Source of the DNA: Candidatus Caldarchaeum subterraneum
Lineage (GTDB): Archaea > Thermoproteota > Nitrososphaeria_A > Caldarchaeales > Caldarchaeaceae
Assembly (NCBI GenBank): GCA_000270325.1
Contig: BA000048.1
Location: 895,471-927,470, forward strand
DNA length: 32,000 bases
Reading direction: 5' to 3'
This document shows, in pieces, positions 25,505 through 32,000 of this stretch. How positions within the stretch are numbered: position 1 is the first letter of the stretch; every line of letters starts with the position of its first letter. The notes under the pieces were generated by a model that was given only the letters and a program-made list of their open reading frames with translations, did not search any database and was not told the origin of the DNA. Made by a program: the position numbers and the translations under genes.

Positions 25505-27859
25505 CTATGAATGTAGCACATCATGTATGATGATGGTTGTTATGCCCTCTATTTTTTGGATTGTTGCGTTTGCTTTGAATTTGCTTCCTTTCCTGATTAG
25601 GTCTCTTGGGCCGTGGTAGGCTGCTGGGTCGAGCCGGGCTCTGAACTCCTCGTCTACCACGACTATCGCGAAGCCGGGGTAAACCTTCTCAATCCTGATT
25701 TCATGTATTTTATCGGGTTTCTTGGACGCTCTTATCACGGCCTTTGCGACGTATTTTTCCCCTGTTTTGACGGCCAGCCCATCTCTAACCAGCCTGTTCA
25801 TGGACATCCTGACCACGTCTGGGCTGTAGCTAAGCTGGGACAGGGCCTCCGCCATAGACAACCCCTTTACACCGGCCTGCAACAATTTATTGTATAATTC
25901 TCTCCTGCATCTCAACAGCTCTCCCGAGCTGATTTTCGACGCCTCTATGTAGACGGCTTCGTCATCCTCGACCGTGGATTCCTTTGTCGTTGCTACCTGA
26001 ATTGTCTCTCGTCTCCATGGCCACGGTTCTCCCGGCCTTGGTTCTGGGCCTCTCCTCTCAACCCTGATATCTTGTATCTTCTTCGATATGTTTTCGAGGA
26101 TTTTAGCCATCTTCCTAGCTCTTCTATATCCTTCTTTGAAGTAGTATTCGTCGACTGTTTTCTCTGCGATTAGTATTGTTACTTTCCCGGGTAGCTTCCT
26201 TCCCGTCCTACCTCTTCTCTGAATGTATCTTATCCCCGATATGGCTGGCTCATAGAAAATCACGTACCCACATTCAGGTATATCGAGCCCCTCCTCCCCA
26301 ATGCTGGTTGCTACGAGGATGTTGAAGACCCCTTCCCTGAATTCTTTGAGGAGCCGTATCTGCTCCTGCTGCGTCATCTTCGGCCCTGTCTTCCCCTCAC
26401 CCTTTCCAATAAACATCCTAGCCCTGTACCCGAGCTCTGTGAGCCTAGACACTATCACCTCCGCCGTGTTTCTTATGTTTGCGAAGACCATTATCCTGTC
26501 GTCCGGCTTCTCCGACAAATGTTGTGAGATTCTCTGTACCAGTGCCTCTATCTTTGGGTGGTCTGCTTGGCTTTTGGCGGCGAGTTGAATTATTTTTCTG
26601 AAGTCCTCGCTACCGGAGAGCATTCTATGGCTTCTCAGCTCAGAATGCATAACTTCTCTGAGGTATTCTCTTAGGCTGTGTATGTGCTGGCTCTCTATAA
26701 GCTCCTGTGCATGGTATAGGCTCAGTATCTCGCTTATCAAGGCCATGTAGTGCATGTTCTGGCCCTTAACACCCGAGTCTATCTCAGCCCTTATCCTAGC
26801 CATGGCTTGGACTAGGATAGTCCTGTTAACATGCTCTACAGGAACCCTGACGACACCGAACCTCTGCAGATGTCTAACCCTGTTCTCGATAGCCTCCCTG
26901 ATAGCCTTCCTAACCTCCTCATACTCATGTGGAATCTCTACACGTACCCAGTCAACCTTAACACCTGGAATATAGCTCGAAACCTCCTCATCCTCCTCAG
27001 TCCTCCAGACAATTTTCTCCACCCAGAGGTTCTTCACGACTTCGAGAACCTTCTCCTCCTCGCTCCCCGGGCTGGCTGTCAGGCCCAGAACCCTAGGCCA
27101 AGGGCATCTCCTAACATATTCTGATGCGAGACGTGTGTAGGCGTATCTGCTTCTGCTCCTGTGGCACTCGTCGAAGACGAGCAGAGCGAATTCTTCAAGC
27201 CTTATCCAGCCACGTCTGTAATCGTTGAAGGCTGTCTGAGGGGTTGAGAAGACAATTCTGACGGATGGAGAGCCCCAAGCCATTTTCCTAACGCTTTCGC
27301 TCACTTCTCCAGTTATGGCGATGCCCTCGTCCTCCGAGATGTTTAGGTGTTTGAGGAAGCTCTGCCTATGCTGTAGGACTAGGGGCTTCGTAGGAGCCAT
27401 AACAAGTATCCTGCATCCCGGATGCCTGTGGAGAAGCTCGGCGGCCACGAGCTCGGCTATCACTGTTTTCCCCAACGCTGTTGGCAGAACCACCAACGTA
27501 TTGCCTCTGAGAGCCTCCTCAACCATGCTCCTCTGATATTCTCTGTCCTCTATTGTATCTGGCTTAACCATCGGATGGCTGACAAACACATGCCTACCAA
27601 GAGGCTGCTCAACAACCCTCTTATCCTCTATCCTCTCCCTCTCCGTCTGCTTCGGCGCCGGTATGGTTGCTATCAGCCCCTCAGCAACCTTAACCGCGTA
27701 AATATGCTTACAATCTTTCCCCATCTTCTTAGCCCTGAAGGTATAGTCTGGGCATGTGCATGAGAATTTTTCTCCATCAAACGTTACCCTATACGTTTTT
27801 GTCGGGTCTTCTTGGCTCGGCACATCCCAGTGGATGGGCATCTGATAGGGAATGGCCAT
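25505..27859 (-). CDS. SWIM zinc-finger plus Hef/FANCM-like (COG1111) superfamily-2 helicase with C-terminal wHTH and beta domain
   Basis: The N-terminal SWIM signature is FSCTCPDYTFRAKKMGKDCKHIY (CxC...CxH). Helicase motifs are DREYQ, VLPTALGKT, FDECHRS, GLTASPG and IQRRGRTGR. I saw no ERCC4 nuclease motif. Confidence 0.9.
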   Translation of the reverse strand: MAIPYQMPIHWDVPSQEDPTKTYRVTFDGEKFSCTCPDYTFRAKKMGKDCKHIYAVKVAEGLIATIPAPKQTERERIEDKRVVEQPLGRHVFVSHPMVKPDTIEDREYQRSMVEEALRGNTLVVLPTALGKTVIAELVAAELLHRHPGCRILVMAPTKPLVLQHRQSFLKHLNISEDEGIAITGEVSESVRKMAWGSPSVRIVFSTPQTAFNDYRRGWIRLEEFALLVFDECHRSRSRYAYTRLASEYVRRCPWPRVLGLTASPGSEEEKVLEVVKNLWVEKIVWRTEEDEEVSSYIPGVKVDWVRVEIPHEYEEVRKAIREAIENRVRHLQRFGVVRVPVEHVNRTILVQAMARIRAEIDSGVKGQNMHYMALISEILSLYHAQELIESQHIHSLREYLREVMHSELRSHRMLSGSEDFRKIIQLAAKSQADHPKIEALVQRISQHLSEKPDDRIMVFANIRNTAEVIVSRLTELGYRARMFIGKGEGKTGPKMTQQEQIRLLKEFREGVFNILVATSIGEEGLDIPECGYVIFYEPAISGIRYIQRRGRTGRKLPGKVTILIAEKTVDEYYFKEGYRRARKMAKILENISKKIQDIRVERRGPEPRPGEPWPWRRETIQVATTKESTVEDDEAVYIEASKISSGELLRCRRELYNKLLQAGVKGLSMAEALSQLSYSPDVVRMSMNRLVRDGLAVKTGEKYVAKAVIRASKKPDKIHEIRIEKVYPGFAIVVVDEEFRARLDPAAYHGPRDLIRKGSKFKANATIQKIEGITTIIIHDVLHS

Positions 27860-27864
27860 AGGCT

Positions 27865-27871
27865 CTTAAAT
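27865..27871 (+). promoter_or_regulatory. TATA-like box for the hjc-like gene
   Basis: TTAAATA lies 25-31 nt upstream of the ATG at 27896, in the short divergent region shared with the helicase gene. Confidence 0.45.
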
Positions 27872-27895
27872 ATGTTGATGGCCGTTGTTGTTCTG

Positions 27896-28186
27896 ATGAG
27901 CTATAGGAGGGGGAGGAGGTTCGAGTACGAGGTTAGGGATTTCTTTGAGGATAGGGGGTGGCTGGTTATCAGGGCTGCCCGGAGCAAGCCTGTTGACCTA
28001 GTGTGCATAAAGGATGGGAGAGTGATGCTTGTCGAGTGCAAGTATGCAGGGGGCCGGCTGCTCAAGGAGGAGAGGAAGGCTCTTGAGAAGATAGGTAAGA
28101 GGTATGGCGTGGATGTAGTGGTGGCGCGGAGAAAGAAGAGAGGAGAGACAGAGCTTGAAACACTCCACCACTCCAAGGGCTTGTAG
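27896..28186 (+). CDS. hjc: Hjc-like Holliday-junction resolvase / archaeal endonuclease fold (short, 96 aa)
   Basis: The sequence is RRGRRFEYEVRDFFEDRGWLVIRAARSKPVDLVCIKDGRVMLVECKY...EERKALEKIGKRYGVDVVVA. It fits the E...S.PvDl.a...g....iEcK nuclease core of Hjc/Hje. The ORF-track start at 27812 overlaps the helicase gene and precedes the TATA box, so I prefer ATG 27896. Confidence 0.72.
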   Translation: MSYRRGRRFEYEVRDFFEDRGWLVIRAARSKPVDLVCIKDGRVMLVECKYAGGRLLKEERKALEKIGKRYGVDVVVARRKKRGETELETLHHSKGL

Positions 28187-28247
28187 GATTCTACTCTCGT
28201 CCCGCATCAGCACCGGGGACAATGTGGCGCAGTCAGCAACCTGTCGG

Positions 28248-28565
28248 CTATATTTCCAGAGCCTCCCCACTTTCATCGGAAGATGGGTTAAGCCTCTCTA
28301 CGGCACCTAGAACCTCTTCGAGCTTTTTATCGCCCAGTAGTTTTCTAAACCTCTCCAGCTCATCAAGTCTCCTCAGCATGAGGCCGCGTCTCTTCGCAGG
28401 CGCCCCGTCTTCTCCAACGGGGTTTATCTCGACCAGCAGAGAAGCAGGCCTGCCCCGCGACGCCGGCGCCTTCACAACAAATATCCCGGGAGAGCCCTTG
28501 ACTGGAACGCGCTGCCAATCTTTGCCCGTCTCAAGAAACCTCTTAAGCGCATCCTCCATAGCCAT
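28248..28565 (-). CDS. Hypothetical protein (105 aa)
   Basis: The ORF has an ATG start and the protein looks soluble. I recognise no motif. Confidence 0.5.
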   Translation of the reverse strand: MAMEDALKRFLETGKDWQRVPVKGSPGIFVVKAPASRGRPASLLVEINPVGEDGAPAKRRGLMLRRLDELERFRKLLGDKKLEEVLGAVERLNPSSDESGEALEI

Positions 28566-28597
28566 AATTTCGATACTTTAGGGCTAGAGATAACTCT

Positions 28598-29092
28598 TCA
28601 GGGCCATTCGCTTTCGCCGCGTATAGTGTAGAAGGCCGTCGCGAGAACGATGTATCCGGCTATTGAGATGTAGATGCCCACGATTACTATGGCCAGCACG
28701 GCTCCCAAGACCAATAATAGCCCGCTTGTCTTGAACGTCTTTATCGACAATCTATCGCCAACGATGTCGAGAGATTTCTTGAGAAACAGAGCGGATATGA
28801 TGGCGAATATTGTGGAAGTTACAGCCACGGCTATGGTTCCAAGTAGGTAGTACCAAGGAAACGTGAACGCGTACACGTAGGGGTCTGGGTTCCCCAGCAT
28901 GGAGGCGTAGGCTGGGGGCCATGCCAGCATCAGCAACACAGCCGCCGCCACGCCAGCCACTGTGGCCGCTACGCTGTAGAACGCAAACCTGTACACCTTG
29001 GGCTGCTTAATCGCCTCTGAGATACGCTTCAACGCTATGACTATGGCTATCGTCCCCGCGGTTACCAGTGGCCCACCTACGGCAAGAGCCAC
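28598..29092 (-). CDS. Polytopic membrane protein (about 5 TM)
   Basis: This 164-aa ORF has a GTG start and a strongly hydrophobic helix pattern throughout. Confidence 0.7.
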   Translation of the reverse strand: MALAVGGPLVTAGTIAIVIALKRISEAIKQPKVYRFAFYSVAATVAGVAAAVLLMLAWPPAYASMLGNPDPYVYAFTFPWYYLLGTIAVAVTSTIFAIISALFLKKSLDIVGDRLSIKTFKTSGLLLVLGAVLAIVIVGIYISIAGYIVLATAFYTIRGESEWP

Positions 29093-29115
29093 AATCGGCC
29101 CACCTACGGCAAGAG
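29070..29115. repeat. Tandem 27-nt duplication (19/19 identical core) across the membrane-gene start
   Basis: GGCCCACCTACGGCAAGAG occurs at 29070-29088 and again at 29097-29115. On the minus strand the period of 27 nt (9 codons) is in frame and encodes LAVGGP twice. Confidence 0.9.
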
Positions 29116-29240
29116 ACCACTACGTCTACACCCACGAGACACGGAGGAATATAGGGCTGGCAGAGGTTCAGCGCCACCAGTTCGCAACTCTAGCCGACCT
29201 ATTAGCCGAGACAGCCACACAGACCTGCTGACAAGTTAGC

Positions 29241-29433
29241 GTCAACATGTTGACAGGATATTCACAAATATGAGTAGCTACAAGAAAAAGTTGTTGTAGC
29301 CGTCAACAGGTTGACGGTCTTGATGTTTTAGCAGTTTATACAGAACTTTATATCAGGCCTGTCAACATGTTGACAGGTACTACCATAAATGAGTAGCTAC
29401 AAAGTCCCTTTGTAGATGCGTCAACATGTTGAC
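29241..29433. repeat. Duplicated cassette carrying four copies of the 14-bp palindrome GTCAACATGTTGAC plus conserved hairpins
   Basis: The palindromes are at 29241-29254, 29302-29315 (central T to G change), 29361-29374 (extends to a perfect 20-mer at 29358-29377) and 29420-29433, spaced 61, 59 and 59 bp apart. Between each pair lie the motif ATGAGTAGCTACAA and a hairpin: 29277-29300 has a GCTACAA/TTGTAGC stem and 29397-29415 has a CTACAAAG/CTTTGTAG stem. Confidence 0.9.
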
Positions 29434-29786
29434 GGCTTTGGAAGAGCCCCTCTGCAGTTGCACTTTTCCGCAGTAGATTACCCCATGTCTTCCGGGCAGG
29501 TGAGCCTACGTCCCATTAGGAATAGTCTTGAGGAATAGCATTTGTAGACCGTCTCCTCAACACCTCTGCTATCAAGCATCCCGTATTGTGGTATGAGAAC
29601 GGCTGTGATATGGAGAAGCATTCTAACTCTGCTGATGATATGACGAATCACCGTGACTAAGCGCATGAGCTAACTCTGTTGTCAGTATGTCTCTGAATTG
29701 TAGCGCGACAGACATTCCAAGCAATCTCTCACGTAGAAATAGTAAACGTTTTACTACAACCTTTTGCATCTATTATGTGAAGAGCC

Positions 29787-29939
29787 ATGGTGAGCAAGAA
29801 AGCTGCTAAGAAGAAGGGGAAGTCGGCGACGAAGAAGAAGGCGAAGGCCAAGAGGCCGAAGGCTAAGCCTAAACCCGCTCCTGCTGAGAAGCCGGCCGAG
29901 AAGCCTGCTGAGCCTGCGGCTGAAGCGCCGGCGATGTAG
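29787..29939 (+). CDS. Possible 50-aa Lys/Ala/Pro-rich basic protein (below the ORF-track cutoff)
   Basis: The ORF runs from ATG at 29787 to TAG at 29937-29939 and encodes MVSKKAAKKKGKSATKKKAKAKRPKAKPKPAPAEKPAEKPAEPAAEAPAM. It is convergent with the last 71 nt of the TFB-like ORF and overlaps them. Confidence 0.35.
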   Translation: MVSKKAAKKKGKSATKKKAKAKRPKAKPKPAPAEKPAEKPAEPAAEAPAM

Positions 29940-30486
29940 CACCAAACCCCCTCTCACTATTTTTTACTTGTATCCAGAGCTTCTCCCTTATTGCTTTGGC
30001 TCTTCGACATATAGCGACAACTGAGAAACCGGAGGCCTTGGTCACCTCGGTCAAGGAGCAGCTTGGCGCGGCTGCAACATATAGCGCTGCGGTTGCGGCG
30101 ACATGTGTGTGTTCTCCGTATCTATGAAGGATGCTCGCGGCCTCTTCCACGTAGGGCTCTAGACCAAGCTTGTTGGCTACCATTCTTAGGAAAATTTGCG
30201 CCGACTGCCGCTGGTCAGCCACGGTGCTGTATCCAAGGGCTTCCGACACCTTCCTCAACGTTTTCAGGAAGCCTTTCTTTCGCTGGAGCATATCCTTTAG
30301 CTGAACAGGATGCTGGCTCTGTTTGCAGGCGATGTAGAGAACCGCGGCAACCAAAGTCTCGCCATTCCTTCCCTGTGACAAGCCCATTCTCCTGAGCCTT
30401 TCCAGCATCTCCCTAGCCAAGTCTACCACGTGGTTGGGCAACGAGAAAGCGTTGGCGTAGCTCGTCAGCAGCTCGTCGAGTCTCAT
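29869..30486 (-). CDS. TFB (TFIIB) paralogue consisting only of the two cyclin-fold core repeats; no Zn-ribbon, B-reader or B-linker
   Basis: The core-domain pattern is present: FSLPNHVVDLAREMLERLRRMGLSQGRNGETLVAAVLYIACKQSQHPVQLKDM...LGLEPYVEEAASIL...AATAALYVAAA...LTEVTKASGFSVVAICRRAKAIREKL. Only 50 nt separate its ATG from the upstream gene, so there is no room for an N-terminal domain. Confidence 0.85.
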   Translation of the reverse strand: MRLDELLTSYANAFSLPNHVVDLAREMLERLRRMGLSQGRNGETLVAAVLYIACKQSQHPVQLKDMLQRKKGFLKTLRKVSEALGYSTVADQRQSAQIFLRMVANKLGLEPYVEEAASILHRYGEHTHVAATAALYVAAAPSCSLTEVTKASGFSVVAICRRAKAIREKLWIQVKNSERGFGATSPALQPQAQQASRPASQQERV

Positions 30487-30536
30487 CGGGTCTTTTTAAA
30501 GACTCCATGGATAAAAGCGAATGTAGAGGGTATGCA

Positions 30537-30983
30537 TCAAAACTTGGGCCCTTTCATTCTCCGGATTCCTCCAGCTATTGTCAATAGTCCAAGTACTAGA
30601 GGAAACATTATCAAGCCCATTAGTGATAGGATTTCTTCAGCAGGTCCTACCAGCCGTTTTATAATCTGTGGAGCCAATATGAGGGGGGAGACAACCAATA
30701 GTAGTCCACCAAGTATCATCAAGCCTCCAACCACGGCTGCCCTCAGCCCTCTGGTTGTCAGGTATGCCGCGCCGTAGAAAATTGCCGAGATTAATGCGGA
30801 CACCGCCGCAATGAATACAGCTATTCCAGCGCCTAGCCCTGACAATATGTCCCCAGTCGGTGGGCTTGCGAGCAGTCTTGCAGCTTCTTGAACAGCCGCG
30901 AGAACAAGGAAGGATATGAGGAGGCCGAAGGTGGAGAGAACTATTCCAGCCTTGAACCCCATACTATTCAACTCTCTGAGCAA
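30537..30983 (-). CDS. Membrane protein (4 TM, Gly/Ala/Leu-rich)
   Basis: This 148-aa ORF is hydrophobic throughout. It starts 13 nt after the stop of the upstream ATPase gene. Confidence 0.7.
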   Translation of the reverse strand: MLRELNSMGFKAGIVLSTFGLLISFLVLAAVQEAARLLASPPTGDILSGLGAGIAVFIAAVSALISAIFYGAAYLTTRGLRAAVVGGLMILGGLLLVVSPLILAPQIIKRLVGPAEEILSLMGLIMFPLVLGLLTIAGGIRRMKGPKF

Positions 30984-30996
30984 GCATATATAGCGT

Positions 30997-32000
30997 TTAC
31001 TGGCTCTGCCACCTTGTCAAGAGGTCTCTCCCTACACTCGCCACGTCGGCCTCTTTATCCACGACGCATATAACTGGTCTCTGTATCTTGAGCGCGTGTC
31101 CCTTGTATATGCAGTATCCTCTTGGAAGGAGTCTCGCGGAGTACGCTATATCGCTTCCCATGATGCTTCTAAGCCTCTCTAGGTCCACGTCCTCCACCCT
31201 GAAGGCGAAGATGTTCTGCCCCATCTGTGTTGATATGAACTTGTCCACCTCCGAGAGTCTCTGGGTGGCTAGGAAGAGGGGCACGCCGTTTCTGGGCCCG
31301 GTCGTGGCTATGAGCTTCATCACAGGTATCATCATGTCGTATGCTTCTCTGCTTGCAGCGCCTTCGTGTGGCGACTGGGGCGCGAAGTTGTGCACCTCGT
31401 CTATGAAGACGGCGACGCCGAAGGTGGGGTCTGCCCTTGCCTGCAGGTAGCACGTCTCCAGTATCTCCCTGCTCCTGTTTATTATCTCGTCCCAGTTGGA
31501 GGCGTCTGAGAAGTCTACGTGAACAAGCGCGTTTGTCCTCACAGTTTCCACTATGTCTACGCCGTTCTCCTCAGAGGCGTGTTTGAAGATGTTTCTCCCT
31601 ATTTCTTCGAGGCGTTTCCTAACGTCGTCGGCCTCCACTATTGAGAGTATCTTTTCGAGGCCTTGCTGCGACCACTCTATCGAGTTCACCCCGTCTTCCT
31701 CGAGCTTCTTGGTTATCGCGTAGAGCGTTCTGGCTTCTCTGGCGCTTCCCGACAGCCCGGCCCTTGTCCGGAAGCTGTTGTACCAGCTTGCCGGACTCAG
31801 GCTCTTCTCCTTCCTAGCCAGCCTCGTGGATGATGTTATTCTCTGGTATCCTCCATGCTGCCGGGCGTTTTCCTCCAGAACTTTGCTCCTGAACTCGCCG
31901 TCCCAGTCTATCAAGAGTATGTGAGCGTTTCGAACCGTCTTGAGTATTTTGAGCATCAGTGACATGAGGAGGGTGCTTTTCCCCGTGCCAACTCCTCCGA
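30997..32000 (-). CDS. HerA-like (COG0433/DUF87) P-loop ATPase, partial; 5' end lies beyond the right edge
   Basis: The frame stays open upstream of the track's first Met. Bases 31966-32000 encode GGVGTGKSTLL, a Walker A motif. Also present are ILLIDWDGEF, Walker B VAVFIDEVHNFAPQ and LFLATQRLSEVD. Confidence 0.85.
   Translation of the reverse strand, partial: GGVGTGKSTLLMSLMLKILKTVRNAHILLIDWDGEFRSKVLEENARQHGGYQRITSSTRLARKEKSLSPASWYNSFRTRAGLSGSAREARTLYAITKKLEEDGVNSIEWSQQGLEKILSIVEADDVRKRLEEIGRNIFKHASEENGVDIVETVRTNALVHVDFSDASNWDEIINRSREILETCYLQARADPTFGVAVFIDEVHNFAPQSPHEGAASREAYDMMIPVMKLIATTGPRNGVPLFLATQRLSEVDKFISTQMGQNIFAFRVEDVDLERLRSIMGSDIAYSARLLPRGYCIYKGHALKIQRPVICVVDKEADVASVGRDLLTRWQSQ

Noticed and set aside
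27812-27895. An N-terminal 28-codon extension of the Hjc-like ORF (track start 27812)
   Set aside because: It overlaps the start of the divergent helicase gene and lies upstream of the TATA box at 27865-27871. The conserved nuclease fold begins right after the ATG at 27896.
29633-29696. A possible C/D-box sRNA (TGATGA at 29633 ... CTGA at 29693)
   Set aside because: The internal D'/C' boxes are degenerate, guide lengths would be about 15 and 21 nt instead of about 12, and no terminal pairing exists.
29093-29786. The idea that the palindrome-bearing intergenic region is a chromosomal replication origin
   Set aside because: No ORB-like boxes, no adjacent orc1/cdc6 or whiP gene, and no pronounced AT-rich unwinding element are visible. 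I kept it only as one untested option within the palindrome finding.
29754-29957. A 67-aa Arg/Leu-rich ORF on the minus strand
   Set aside because: It is the mirror image of the Lys/Ala-rich + frame (AAG/GCC repeats read as CTT/GGC, or as CGx in a shifted frame), and its composition is implausible. If anything here is coding besides the TFB tail, the + strand ORF is the better candidate.

Overview
The window looks like a hyperthermophilic archaeon, probably a crenarchaeon. Supporting evidence: a CRISPR repeat ending in ATTGAAAG, a nurA-herA-mre11-rad50 operon, PriL, Hjc, a TFB paralogue, and TATA boxes about 25-35 nt upstream of start codons (leaderless-style genes).

Layout, left to right:
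- 1-805: a partial secreted protein.
- 950-1190: an IS remnant.
- 1498-2480: a 15-repeat CRISPR array with a leader but no cas core genes anywhere in the 32 kb.
- 2592-3341: a Crn1/Csx14-like CARF-wHTH gene.
- 4268-13639: a 9.4-kb block entirely on the minus strand. It encodes a wHTH-CARF-like protein, a two-helix membrane protein, a membrane-anchored FtsK/HerA/VirD4-like ATPase, an XPD-family helicase split by a frameshift, a PriL with a long N-terminal extension, a small membrane protein, and a 707-aa membrane protein fused to a PriL-N-domain paralogue and a HEPN-like tail.
- 13640-15054: a 1.4-kb decayed region.
- 16017-21779: a GC-rich, translationally coupled nurA-herA-mre11-rad50 operon. 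Its Rad50 has no CxxC zinc hook and its Mre11 motif III reads GEHD.
- 21913-25500: two adjacent IS-derived elements and a lower-GC island.
- 25505-28186: a SWIM-Hef-like helicase divergent from a small Hjc-like resolvase.
- 29241-29433: a duplicated palindrome cassette.
- 29869-32000: an operon of a HerA-like ATPase, a membrane protein and a TFB core-only paralogue.

The most unusual items are the membrane-PriL-HEPN fusion, the surrounding membrane/ATPase/helicase/PriL cluster flanked by CARF genes, and the palindrome cassette.
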